DNA of 64,000 nucleotides from Felis catus (taxonomy: Eukaryota): positions 71,984,001 through 72,048,000 of the forward strand of contig NC_058368.1 in assembly GCF_018350175.1 (NCBI RefSeq), in the 5' to 3' direction. Each line of letters begins with the position of its first letter. Position 1 is the stretch's first letter. The translations under genes were made by a program, and so were the position numbers. Under the pieces are notes generated by a model. It was not told the DNA's origin and did not search any database. It saw only the letters and a list, made by a program, of their open reading frames with translations. Positions 13,013 through 26,161 of this stretch are shown one piece after another.

Positions 13013-14350
13013 TTTGTTTATTTATTTTAACAATTTATTTTTAAACAGACCTCTTTCTTCCTTGCAGAGGACAGCTGACTGTCCCCTTCCACTGTCATAT
13101 TAAAAAGCTGCCCACCCTGCTGACCATAAACCTGCTGACCATAAACCTGTCCCTGAGGTTGAGTCCCAGGAAATTCAATGCCCTCCCTGCCTGGGAGCAA
13201 GTCTCCTTGTCCTTCTTGGGAACCTCTCTCAGAAAGATTTGGGAGTAAAATTTATCTCATCAGCTTTAATCTCATTGGTCCTCAAAAACTTTTTTTCTAT
13301 TTCTGTTTCTCCTGGGGGCTGTGGCATCCTCATGCAAGCTGGTCTGTTGGTGGCTGCTCACTGTGGCCGCTCCTGGGTGGCCAGGCAGGGCAGGCCTCCC
13401 ATTGTGTTGCATTTAAAGAAAAAAAAAAAAAGAAGAGAGGAATTAATGTAAAGAGCTGTGCTAACAAGTGGGTAGTACTATTGGGTGTGTATAAATTCAT
13501 GCATATTTTTCTTTTTAAGCCTATTGGTTTATTCTGTTTTTAAATCAGAAATGGATCCAGCCAAAAAGAAAAAAATAAAATAGTTTGCATTTCCTTCTCA
13601 TGCTCCCCTTTTAGCGGCTCAAGGCTAATGACAGAAAACCCCCCAACCCATTTAGCATTCTCTGTGTTTAAAAGACTCTCAAGTATTAGCTCTTGGGAAG
13701 CCCAGCATTTTAAAACTTGCAAAATAGGCAGGCAGGGCAAGATGCCATGTTTCCAACTCCCTGGGACTCATTTCAGGAGTTTGATTAACTCTTTGGTTCA
13801 AAGTATCTGCTTTGAAGAAGAGGTAGGGGGCATTCAAATGAGGGATGCTGTCTGCCAAGATCAAAGCGGCATTGCACATTTTAAAGAGTCTAATTCACAG
13901 ACCCTTGGATAGTTGTAGCACCAACTTGAAGCCTATTTGGTCAGAAGTGGCCACTTGAGCAGTCTTGGGGGTGGGCGAGGGCTTCTTTGTTTTGGAAAGT
14001 GCTTCCCACCCAGAGGAAGGAATGTGAAGTGAGGGAGCCCTCTTTTGGACAAAAGCTAAGGAGGAAAGTCAGGGACAGTGGGAAAGACCCAGTCAAGGCT
14101 GGGGAAGAACACATAAGCTAAGGACTCTTGGTTTGCCTTATGTTGGCAGGTAGCTCCTCGGGAGAAATAGTCTGAATTCAGATCATGGGAAAGCCAACGT
14201 GCATTTTTAAGACAGAAGGTAAAGGGTATACTGCCTACAGGGAAAAATCTTCCAAATATATCTAGACTATAGGTTACAGGGTTAGAATTTTTTTCTTCTT
14301 GTTTGTTTGGCTAAGATGGGGAACTTTAAAGGTGGGAATAGGGTTGGTGG

Positions 14351-14352
<2 letters not shown>

Positions 14353-14398
<46 letters not shown>
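14353..14398 (+). repeat. (GT)23 microsatellite
   Basis: Read directly from the sequence. Confidence 0.97.
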
Positions 14399-14401
<3 letters not shown>

Positions 14402-14574
14402 AGGGAGCTGGCATCAGGTACTGTCTTCTGTTGGGGCATGAACATAGGAATGCCATTCAAATGTATCCCATTGTGGTCCTGGATCCACTTTCTTTGCTTT
14501 CCTCAAGACCAGCTGGCACAGGTGATCCAAGTGGAGATAACCCATGACTGTTTTGAGTACTAACTTTGATGAAT

Positions 14575-15030
14575 GTGGTCAGTGGCTTCTGATAGGGCCA
14601 CCAAGGATCCCCACCTCCTGGAATTCATACCTTCACTTAATGCCCTCCCCTTGAAAGTGGGCTGCATGGAGTGACTCACTTGTAATGAAAAGAACACAGA
14701 AAAGGTGTCGGGAGGTCACTTCTGGATAGGTTTATAAGAGACTGTGACTTTTATCCTGCTCACACTTCTTTCTCTCTTGTCCTCTACCTTGCTTCCCTTG
14801 TGCCACGGGGAGGCCCACATAGCAAAGCAGCCTCTGGCTAATGGCCAGTAAGGAGCTGAGGCTCTCAGTCCAACAGCCTTTGAAGTGTTGAATCCTGACA
14901 GTAACCATGCAAGTGGATCCTTTTCCTGGAAAGCCTTGAGGTGAGTCCAGTCCACTGTTCCCTTGACTTCAATCTGTGCCAGGCTGAGAAGGAGAGGGGA
15001 CAGCTACACTGTGTCTGGGTTCCTGAGCTA
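14575..15030 (+). mobile_element. Old MLT1-type MaLR LTR
   Basis: ccccacctcctggaattcatacc...gtgactcacttgtaatg...ctcagtccaacagcc...gaatcctgacag. Confidence 0.6.
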
Positions 15031-15490
15031 CAGGAAATGGGACACAGCAAATGTCATTTCCGCAGCAAGAGATAATGAATACATCGGGGTATTTCGCTCC
15101 ATCAATCTGCTTCTCCCTGACCCTGTCCATCCACATAGCTGCCAACTTCTGAAAGGATTTATCTTTCTTTAAAGTTTTTACCTCTTCCCCTGTCTCTGGT
15201 TTTACAGCCACAGCCCATTCCAAGGAAAGATTTAAAGTTCTTGGGGGAATTATAGGAAAATAGATTAAGAGCCCTGACATTTGCAGAATGTCCTCCAGCC
15301 ACTTGTCCTCATTACCCACCCTTGGTTCTTTCGGTTCATCAAGTCTCATGTAGCTGTGCACCAATGAGATTGCCTTCGGCTGCAAGAGACATAAAATCTG
15401 GAAAAAAATATAGTGGATTGTATGAGTAAAGGGTTTATTTTTCTCACACAACACAAAGTTTGGACTTAGGTGGTCAAGGATGTTATTTGA

Positions 15491-15735
15491 GCAGGGGTTG
15501 GCAAGATTTGTGAAAGACCAGAGAGTGTTTAGGCTTTGCAGGTTGTATAAGCTCTGTTGTAGCCACTCAAGTCTGCCCTTGTAATGTGGAAACAGCCATA
15601 GATGATAGGCAAATAAATAAAAGGCAAATAGATGGCAGCCATAGACAGTGTAAACAAATGAGCATGGCTGTCTACCAATAAAACTTTATTTATGGACCAT
15701 AACATTGAGTGTCATATAATTTTATGTTTCATGAA
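15491..15735. mobile_element. MER58-type hAT DNA transposon
   Basis: caggggttggcaa terminus, aggctttgcagg, ccaataaaactttatttatg. Confidence 0.65.
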
Positions 15736-15771
15736 ATATGCTTCTTCTTTTGATCTTGTCCCAACAATTAA

Positions 15772-15977
15772 TTTTTTGTAAATGTGCATTTATTTTTGAG
15801 GGGGGGTGGGGAGAGTGAGCAGGGGAGGGGAGGGGCAGAGAGAGAAGAGGACAGAGGATCTGAAGCAGACTCAGTGCTGTCAGCACAGAGCCTGACATGG
15901 GGCTCAAACTCATGAACTGTGAGATTATGACCTGAGCCGAAGTCGGACACCCAACCAACTGAGCCCCCGGGTGCCCC
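15772..15977 (-). mobile_element. Feline Can-SINE
   Basis: tttatttttgag...gtcagcacagagcctgacatggggctcaaactcatgaactgtgagattatgacctgagcc...gggtgcccc. Confidence 0.9.
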
Positions 15978-16839
15978 AGATCTCTTGAAGCCTGATTATG
16001 TAAAATACTTCCTCCCCATTTTTCAGCAGTAATTCATGTTATGTTATGTCAGGGCACACTGATGAGCTTCAAAAATTGGGATAAGCAAGTATTTCACAAA
16101 TTTGACTCATGATTTTTATTTTTGCCCACCACGATTGCAACACACAGGCGTATCCCCAGGATCTAGTTAATGTGGGCACCTTGCAAGTCCCGATGCCGCT
16201 TTAGCTAGTATGTCAGCACGGTTCTTGCCTTGGACAGCTTGTTATGGCTCATTTTATAAAAGCAGCAACTAAAATGCTTGCTGCAGTAGTTTCTAGTTCT
16301 TTCCTACTTTGAGTCCTTAACTTTAACAGGTTCCCTCGAAATGGATTGCCAGCGGGGAATTGAAATAATTCGTTGTTGTTGTTACGTTTTGTGCTGGTTC
16401 CACAGAAGTATCTGTTTTGGGAAACCTCTGGAGAGACTGACTAACCCCACAAGACAGGGGGAAGTTAGCCCTTCACTGTATGGAGGGCTACAGAAATCTC
16501 AGGGTCTCTGCCTGTTGGCAATGTCTGCATGGGCACAGAACACCAGACTCTGGGATCTACAGCTAGGACACTTTCTAGAAAGGGGAGACCTTATGTGGCA
16601 TATTAAAAGAGATGGGCCTGGCACATTTACTGGGATTTGGACATTTAAAAATAAAACCTCTGAATAAAATAGCATGACAAATGTGATACTCACTGCAATA
16701 CAACCACTACCTTCTGGCTCTCTGACTAGCTGTGGCCCTTAAAACAAGTCAGTCACTTCTTCACATCTCGCTCGGTTTCCACTTCTCACAACCTGCTCCC
16801 ATTTCGCTTTAAAAGGATATAAAATAATGTGTAAGATCA

Positions 16840-17420
16840 CAGGCTTTGGCCTCAGACAGACTTGGGTTCAAGTTTCGGCTCTGCTACTTTCAGTCTGGGT
16901 GAGCTTGGACAAGTTGCTTGATCACCAGGAGCCTGAAATCCTTCTGTAAAATGGGACTAACATGATCAATTTCCTACTTTGTTTTCAGGATAAAATGGGA
17001 AAATATATGTAATACTCTTAGTGTAGTCCTTGACAGCTAGTTTGCACTCAAAAATTTGCCACATACCAGGAGTCTTTTGGTAGAATCATGTGATCATTTT
17101 ACTTACTACTTACTAAGTCCCTTTGTGTGATACAACTCTCAATTTAAAACTGTATTGAAGTCTTTGTTCTGAGAGTTTACTTCATTAGACAAGCCTAGTC
17201 AGCCTGTGTGATATTTTGGAATTCCTTTTCTAAAGAATAGCTAACATTTATTGAGTGCTTATGACAATCCAGGCACAGTTTTAAGCACTTTGCATGTATT
17301 ATTTTATTAAAACTCACAATAACCACATAAAGACAGGAGTGTTGTTAATTCCCACATTAGGAAGGAGGGACTGAGGCATGCTCACCTTGTCTGAAGTTAT
17401 TCAGCTGGTAAATGGTAGAA
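16840..17420. mobile_element. Two MIR SINE fragments
   Basis: ttgggttcaagtttcggctctgctactt...ctgtaaaatggg and acatttattgagtgcttat...ccaggcacagttttaagcactttg. Confidence 0.6.
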
Positions 17421-18941
17421 TGGGTAATGCCACTAGGGTCAGTGGTTCCCAACTGGTGGGGGTCAGTGGTTCCCAACCTGATCCTCCCCACGGAACATTT
17501 AGCCACATGTTCACAATTGTCCTAACAGTCAGTTGGGTGCTACTGACCACCCCAAAAAGAATTTTCTGGCACAATTGTCAATAGGGCCAAAGTCGAGAAA
17601 CCTTTCCTGGGCTGTCTGATTCCTGAGTTCATGTTCTCAGCTATTTCTTTATCCAGTTTCCATATATTTTCTACAGATCACATAAGGACAACTTAAATAC
17701 AAAGTGACAACTCCTGGGTCTCCTCGGGTTTTATGTGCCCTTCTGAAAAAACTTTAGGAGTAATTAAGAATGGCTACGATTTGGTTTTGCAAAACAGTTA
17801 ATTGTAGAATGAATAATGTTAAACATCCAGATGTAACAGAGTACCAGAAAAAAAATTAAAAAAAAATCCCCCTCCTTCAATTCAGAAAGAACAAGTTTCT
17901 GTGAGTAAGACACTGAAGTGATGCTTCAGTGGAATTGCAGAATACTCAGGGGGTGGCCCCTTGGGCGGTGACAGTGACTCCAAGCAGAGGCTTGCCCGCC
18001 AGCTTTCTCCTGAAGCCTAAAGAATGAGGCAACAGGTAACAGAATTTGTGACAGCCCTGGAAAAAAGCCACAAATACTTTTGAGGTAGAGGCATGACCAC
18101 CAAAGAGCGCCAGGGAGAGAGGTAAGGTCCTGCCCTCATGAGGCTTGTACTTATAGATGAGGCGGAAAATAAACAAATGAACAAGTAAATATGTACTTTG
18201 ATATCTGATGCTGACAAGTGCCGGGGAGAGAATTATGGCAGAATGGGAGGGCTGGTACTGTTTTAGGCAGGGTGTCTGGGAAACCCTTTCTGGAAAGATG
18301 GCGTTTGAGTAGAAACCCAAATGAAGTGAGGGAATGAGCCACACAAGGCATAGGGACAGGTGTTCCAGAAAGCGATGCAGTCTGGGGGCAGGAAAGCCTA
18401 TCTTTTATCGCTCCAGGAAGAGCAAGAAGCCCCTCATGGCAGAGAGAAGTTGGCAAGGAGAGGCTGAGAGAGGGGGGAGGTCAGAAGGGCCAGGCCAGCA
18501 GGGCCTGCAGGTGGTAGTGAGAGCTGAGGCCTCATTCTGTGTGAGGGAGAAGGGGTAGGTGGTGGTGGGCAGGGATTTGAACACATGATCAAAGTGCAGT
18601 TTTCCAAAAGAATCACCTTTGCTGCTCTGAGGAGAACCAGCAGGAGGGGCCAAGAGTGGAAGCATGGTGGTTAGTAAGGGGTATTGTTTGGTTACAGTTA
18701 TTGTGTCGGATCCCTCTTTTGGCATTAAACGAAAAAGCATGTCAAAGATGGACTTTGGTTGCCCCTCAGTCCTGGGCCCGGATCTTGGCTCTATCATGCC
18801 ACTTTGACTTCCATCTGTGTCACAGAGATAGTTATCTCACATGACTATTGAGAGAATTGATGGAGAAGTGTTATATCGAGCACCTACCGTGGTTCCTGGC
18901 ATTAAATGTCATTGGTGTTTATTAAATGTCCCTTTCATTCC

Positions 18942-19284
18942 TGCAATGGATTGAATGTTTGTGTCCCCTCCCAAATCCATGTGTTGAAGCCCTAACCCCC
19001 AATGAGATGGTATTTGGAGATGGGGCCTTTGGAGATGATTAGGTCATGAATGAGACTGGTGCCTTTATGAAACAGACTCTACAGAGTCCCCTCACACTCT
19101 CTACCTCATGAGGACACAGCCAGAAGACCACTGTCTGCAAACCAAGACATGGCTCCTCCCCAGACACTGAATCTTGTCTTCATCTTGGACTTCCAGCTTC
19201 TAGAACTGTGAGAATTAAGTGTATGTTGCTTAAGCCATCCAGTCCATGGTATTTTTGTAATAGCAGCCTGAAAATACTGAGATA
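18942..19284 (+). mobile_element. MLT1A-like MaLR LTR
   Basis: tggattgaatgtttgtgtcccc...ggacttccagcttctagaactgtgaga...atagcagcctga. Confidence 0.8.
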
Positions 19285-21505
19285 GTCATTTTGACCAAGA
19301 GGACAGCTCTAATCGCTACCTAAAATGGCAACATCCCCCCCTCCTTCCCCAACACCAGGCTCCCCAAATGTCCCACACCTAACTCTGTTTCTCTGTCAGC
19401 CCCATCAGGAATGGGAGTGCCATGAAGGCAAGGGCTCTTATTTCCTTGGTCACTGCTTTCCTACCACCCACAGTGGTATTTGACATCAGTGCTTATGCCT
19501 CAACTGATATCTGATGAATGAAAAAAAATGAATTTGTTTGAATATTTATTAAAATGAGGACCTTGGGCTTGGATCCCTGGCAACTCCATATGTGGAGCAC
19601 ATCAAAAGCCCCAACTACTATCCAGTCAGTAGTCAGGGTTGATTGGGCTAATGTGCACGATTCAGACTTATTCATTACCTTAATTATATCCTTCCCAAAT
19701 CTGAATGGTTTAGCTGGGTGGATGATCTTGCCTATAGATTGTTCTTCAAACTAGAATAGACAAGAACATTTACTCTCTTTTTAGTATCTCTGAAACTGTT
19801 TTGAAGAGATATTTTAGATGAGAAAAAAAAAACCCTCTCCATCCTTTACTGTCTGGTATGTGAATTTGGGCTCAGAAATTGATAATCAGAAGCCATTTCT
19901 GCCAATCAGCTTGACAAGAGAAAAGAGATACAGGAAGATGCTGAAAGTGAGATTCTTAACGGGACTTGATGATGTCACATCTCCCAGGATACCCCTATCC
20001 TCTGACAGTGATAGAAAGCAATGTTTCTTGGAGTAACTGAAAATAAGATGACATTGGTCTGCCTGAAAAATAGGGTATTAATAACCTTGAAGGACTGAGG
20101 TTATTACATGGTTAATGATATTCTTTCCCCCCCTTCCCCCCCACCCCCGCCCTTGATAGGTCATCTTTGCCATTAGTAACTGGAACAAGAGTTAAAATGC
20201 ATGTGGCATTTCTAAAATGCCATTTCTTGTTGAAAGGTTAGCACCATAATGAAGTTTCAGGGAAACTATGAGGCCATCTCTCTTGTTTTCTTATAGTATG
20301 TATAGACAAAAGGCTCGTTATCGGCCAAGCCAAAGATTATATGATTGCAAAGTTAGTAAAAGCTTGGTTTCTAAACATTCAGTGAATTGATATCATGAAT
20401 GGTTGGGGTGTTAGAAGGATGAGTTATTCTTTTTGCATGTGCATTCCAACTGTAGGGAGCTCTTATATAAGATGTATGTGGGGGGCGGTTCCTGGTGATT
20501 GACATAATTCTCTTGAAACTTCAAATATATGACAAAATATCAGAAGTCCAACACTTGAGGCATATGATACAAGTAATCTGTTCAAGAAAAATTTTGCTTG
20601 GAATAAGGGTAAAGTCCTTCAAATTGTTTCCTTTGACTATAAAGAACTCATTATAGAAACTATGTTTGCCAGAAACTGGAAGAAGATGAAGTTGGATTCG
20701 AAGTGTCACAAAATGACCAATAGGACCCTGTCATACCCGAATCAAAGTTCAAGGCAAGTGCTGCTTTATTTTAACCACACACCTTCACCAACAGTTATGA
20801 AGAATTAAGAAGGAGTAAAACATACAGAATTTATGGAGTGCAGAGCAATGCAGTGGCATATGAAACGTAGATGTTTAGCACCTTTTCCTTTACAAGGTCC
20901 CTCCTATCTTTTAGCTTATTGAACACTCAAAACAACTCTCAGAGTGGCTGTTTATCTTCTGCTCATTTTACAGGTGCTCAGGGGCATTTAGGAAAGTATT
21001 CCAAAATAGTACTCTTAGGTGGCTGAGCCTGGGATCCCTGTGTTTTTTAACTACCACGTCATGCTGCTTATCTAAGTCTGGTAAGATTTTGCTTTGCACG
21101 GACATCAGCTGCTCAACGCTGGGTGTTGCAGATGTGTAAATGAAGATGGCAGGGAATGCTCACGTTACTGCAAGGAGGTGATAAAATAAATGTTTAAAAG
21201 ATTGTCAAAGCCACTATAGGGAATGAGTCCTGCCCCAAAGGCTGAAGAACAATTGGGTATAATCATGTGCCGTTTACTTGAGCTCCTTTCTAGGCTGAAG
21301 TGGGCATATTTTGCCTACATTTTAAAAATCACTTATTCTGAAGGCAACTAAAAAAGCAGGAGAGTATAAAGGGCTTGTCAGGAAAAGTAGTGGTTCCTGA
21401 TCACAGTTTTCTCTGTATTCTCCTCCTGCCATAACCTCCTGATTTTTGGAGCTCAGCATTTGCATGAGTATTGCCAGCTTGCTAAACCTCCACAGTCTGG
21501 GTTTT

Positions 21506-21728
21506 TTTTTTTTTAAATTTTTTTTCAACGTTTATTTATTTTTGGGACAGAGAGAGACAGAGCATGAACGGGGGAGGGGAAGAGAGAGAGGGAGACACAG
21601 AATCGGAAACAGGCTCCAGGCTCTGAGCCATCAGCCCAGAGCCCGACGCGGGGCTCGAACTCACGGAGCGCGAGATCGTGACCTGGCTGAAGTCAGATGC
21701 TTAACCGACTGCGCCACCCAGGCACCCC
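21506..21728 (-). mobile_element. Young feline SINE (SINEC_Fc type) with perfect 15-bp TSD
   Basis: TSD cacagtctgggtttt at 21491-21505 and 21730-21744; CpGs largely retained. Confidence 0.95.
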
Positions 21729-21794
21729 TCACAGTCTGGGTTTTAACAGTGGTTAAGTCTCCTGTGCTTTGGCACAAATGATTAAAAACAAGAA

Positions 21795-22420
21795 ACTGCA
21801 GTAGCTTCCTAACTGGTCTCTCTGCTCCCACCTCTGCCCCTTCTAGTCTCTTCTTGATGGCACAGTCTGAGTGATCTCGTGAAAGATCATGTCACCCATC
21901 TGGTCCCATTCCCTGTAGTGGCCCCCCTGTCACTGGAGGTGAAAGCCAAAGTCCTTCTGAGGGCCTGGAAATCCAGATACAACTGCCCACCTCCCTCTAC
22001 CCCACTCCCTGCCCACCTTCCAGCACTTTCTCCTTCTCATTTGCTCAGGATCAGCCAGCCTGGCCTTTTTGCTGGGCAAGAAAGCCTTTCATCAGAGGTT
22101 TATTCTTCACCAGATTCAGATCTGTCTTCAAATAACTTCTTCTCACCCAGTCTTAATATGCAATTTACTTCACAGTCCACACCCTATCCCTCTTGGCCTG
22201 TTCTTTCATTTCCCCAGTGCACATACCCCTACATAATTTCCTCAGTGGTTACCTATGATATATTATCCATTTCCTCAAGGATGTAAAACACATGAATGTA
22301 GCTTACAATGGGAAGGCTCATTTGTTTTGTTTTCTGTCCTTGTTTGTTGATTTAGCCCGTGTACCTAGACGATGCCTGGCATTTAGCAGATACTCAGAAA
22401 ACATTTGTTGAATGAATAAG
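21795..22420. mobile_element. L2 LINE 3' fragment
   Basis: gcttcctaactggtctc...tgcctggcatttagcagatactcagaaaacatttgttgaatgaat. Confidence 0.6.
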
Positions 22421-22439
22421 TAGAAATTTCTATTCTTAA

Positions 22440-22647
22440 AACAATTTTTTTAATGTTTATTTATTTTTGAAGGAGAGAGAGACAGAGCGTGAGCAGGGGA
22501 AGGGCAGAGAGAGAGGGAGACACAGAATCCAAAGCAGGCTCTGAGCTGTCAGCACAGAGCCCGACACGGAGCTTGAACTCATGAACCACAAGATTATGAC
22601 CTGAGCTGAAGTCGGTCACTTAATTGACTGAGCCACCCAGGTGCCCC
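22440..22647 (-). mobile_element. Feline Can-SINE with TSD
   Basis: TSD tagaaatttct(a/g)ttcttaa at 22421 and 22648. Confidence 0.93.
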
Positions 22648-24016
22648 TAGAAATTTCTGTTCTTAATGATTATATAAACATTATTTATTGAGAATTAAGG
22701 AACTTCTGATTACATTTCCTTCTCTGTGGTTCCAATGTCATTACCTCCATGCAACTTAAGGACAAATGTTCAATTGATTTTGCTTTCTTGTTCTCTTCTG
22801 AAGCAAACGCATAAAATAGAAGTAGGCATGGTCCAGATGTAAGGCAAATTGAAGGTGACATTATTTTAAGCAATTGTTCTTTTTTCATAATATCTCTCCT
22901 CTGCTCTATTGTAAAATGTCTTTAATCCAAGCTATTTTCTGACCGAGCTTGTGTACCTTCCTATAGCCCTCATGACTATAGAAGGCAAGAAGTAGATGGT
23001 AAGAATATTAGCTACCTGCTTTTGGGTACCTACTGTGTGCAAGATTCTATGTGTAAACCAGCGTTCCAGCCCCTTTCCATTTACTATGTGGCAGTCAAGT
23101 GTGAGCTCCTGTCCCAAATGATTGGGAAGTCACTCTCTCTCTCTCTCTGTGGTCTCTGGAGGGTCCTTGGGACTGGCTTGCATTCCACCAGCTCCCAACA
23201 CCTGACTAATCCAGCTCCTGGTTTCTCTGCAGTCACCAGCAGCTTTCTCACCGCACCCAGTGGTGGTGTAAGGAGATTAGACATGGAAAAGAAAGGGAAG
23301 CTCTCAGCATCATATATCATTGCATCTTGAGTCTGTACACCGTATTCCCACATGTAGTTTCTTTCATTGGCTGAACCTCTTGCTGGGGCCCATTCCTGCT
23401 AAACGGACCCCTCTTCCTCATGTTCCCCCTAGGAATTCCTGGACACTCTACTTGTGATCCTCTCTGACTTTGAAGTGCCTATTTCAGGCTTTTGTCCAAT
23501 TTTCCGTTAGTTACCTGTCTTTTTCCTTATAAGAAAGACAGGGTGAGTTATAGGGCCCACCATAAGTAGCTGTTGGGGCCCCTCCAATCTAAGACAATCA
23601 ACATTTATCCTGCAACTAATAGAAGAAATTAGAGGAAATACAGCAGATATTCAAAGTCTGCATTACTTCAGGTCTGTATTACTCCTAATGTTAAGCTCTG
23701 GGGAGTTAAGGTATTATAGACGTTTAGAGTTAATTGCATCGCGTCGTATATATTAAACTAATTTGATTCTTTTTCATAAGACTGACTAGTTTTCAGCTTC
23801 ATAATACTGCTTAAAATGAAACTGTCTGGAGGAACATATACAAGGCCTATCAGATAATAGCTTCATTAATAGCATCCCATGATATAAAAGTAATTTCTAC
23901 TTCTGTTTACTATTCCCCCCCCGACCCTGAAATCAATATAAATATCATTAGTCTGCAGGAATCTACCTTCTTTGTTTTAAATATCGAAACATAGTTGCCA
24001 TGCATTCCTTTTTTAA

Positions 24017-25345
24017 AATAAATTTTTAAAATTGAAATACAGTGTACATGTAGAAAAGCATCCATGCTATAAGCACACAGTTTGATGTGATCCATAATTT
24101 ATATAAAAAAATAGAACATTAGCACCAGAAGCTCTCCTCATACTCCCTTTTAATTATTATTTTCCCAAAGGTAACCACTGTCCTGATGTCTAACACCAAA
24201 GATAATTTTGCTTGTTTTTGCACTTGATATAAATGGTATCCATAGTATGTGATTCTGTGTGTATGTCTACTCTTGCTTTTGAGATCCTCAGTGTAGTTAA
24301 ACACAGCTGTGTTTTCATTGCTGCATACAACTCTACTGAATGACCGACTGGACTACAATTAAAAAATTCATTCTAATATGAATGGAGATGTTTTTTGATG
24401 CACATGTGGATACATTTCTGTTGAGCATATGTATACTTTAAGCTTCAGTAGGTACCACCTAAGAGTTATCATAGATGCCCTGACCCCCAGAATGAAATGA
24501 TAGTTCTAACTGCTCTATAGTCTTGCTAATAATGTTTACTATTCTTAGTCTTTTTTTTTTAAAAAAAATTATGTTATTTGAGAGAGAGAGAGAGAGCATG
24601 CGTGTGTGTGTGAGTGGAGGGGAAAAGCAGGGGAGAAGAGAGAGAGAAAGAGAGAGAATCTTAAGCTGGCCACACCCTCAGCACAGAGCTTGACTTGAGG
24701 CACTATCCCACGACCCTGGGATCATGACCTGAGCCAAAACCAAGAGTTGGATGCTCAACTGACTAAGCCACCCAGACGCCCCTATTCTTGGTCTTTAAAA
24801 ATTTTACTCATTCTATCAAATGTGTGGTGGTGCCTCATTGTAGTTTTAATTTTCATTTTTCTGGTGACTAGTGAGGTTGAGGACCTTTCCCTGTTTATTG
24901 CCAATTTGGATGCCTCTTTTTGTGAAGTGCCTATTTAAGTCTTATGTGCATGTTCTATTATTTATCTGGCTATCTTTGTAAGAATATTTTAAATAGACAG
25001 GATATAAGTCTTTTGCCAGTTATATATATTGTAAATATCTTCTCCCTATGTATTTTGTCTTTTCATATACTTAATGTTGATTTTTTTTCATACAGGAGTT
25101 CCTAATTTTAATAAAGTCAAGTTTATCAATATTTTCCTTTGGAATTAGTGGTGTAAGCACCTGTTAAGAACTTCTGGTTACTCCATCATCATAAATATAT
25201 TCTCTTATGATATCTGCAACAACTTTGAAATTTTACATTTCAAATTTTGATCTACAGTCTAATGGGAATTGATTCTTGCTTATGGTGTGAGTTAGGGGTG
25301 AAGATTAATGTTTTCTTCCATGTGGATATCCAGTTGATCCAGTAC
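24017..25345 (-). mobile_element. Old L1M fragment interrupted by an older Can-SINE (~24554-24781)
   Basis: Antisense L1 text on both sides; SINE TSD ctattctt(a/g)gtcttt at 24539 and 24782. Confidence 0.7.
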
Positions 25346-25605
25346 TTAGCATAATCTGCTTGACTAATAATAGTGGATTGGTAACAGTTATGATAATGAA
25401 AGTCGAGAATTTGCAGGATGATACTCAGAAAGCCATATTACAATAAAAACAAACTAAAATAAATAAAATCCAACAAACAGCAAATACTGGGTGGTTGGCT
25501 ATGAATGTAGGCCGTATTGGGGCATATAATAACATACCTTCAAATTTATTCCCCCTGTGGCTGGGAAATGAACATAGAACTTGCTTTTGAAAAATAACCT
25601 GACTT

Positions 25606-25819
25606 AAAATTTTTTTTTTGCATTTATTTATTTTTGATAGAGTGCAACAGAGCATGAGCAGTGGAGGGGCAGAGAGAGAGGGAGACACAGAATCCAAGGC
25701 AGGCTCCAGGCTCTGAGCTGTTAACACAGACCCTAACATGGGGCTCGAACCCACGAACCATGAGATCATGACCTGAGCCAAAGTCGGACACTTAACCAAC
25801 TGAGCCACCCAGGCGCCCC
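25606..25819 (-). mobile_element. Feline Can-SINE with TSD
   Basis: TSD taacctgactt at 25595 and 25820. Confidence 0.93.
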
Positions 25820-26161
25820 TAACCTGACTTTTTAATTTATCACACCTGGTACCCCTGTGAACATGACATCTACACAGGTATTCAGAATTCCTAACCATAT
25901 ATAGCCTCATTCCTTCCTTCCATTATATACTTTTACATTATATATCTTTCACATTCATGTAATATGAATTATTTATTTCCAAGACTCATGTAGAATCAGA
26001 TAATTTATCCTTCTTTCTATCCTATTGTGGGAGGTGAAGAAACAAAAAACCTCTCATACAAAAATGCACAAAGAAAAAACTTTAAATTCTACTTGTTGAT
26101 TAGTTCAAGGGAGTGCATCTATTTTCTTTTTTAATGAATTTGGAATTGCTATTGTGTAACA

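Noticed and set aside
21446..21781. Near-identical peptides (GQRETEHERGRGRERGRHRIGNRLQALSHQPRARRGART) in ORFs at 21446 and 41945
   Set aside because: Translations of the same young SINE subfamily, not a gene family.
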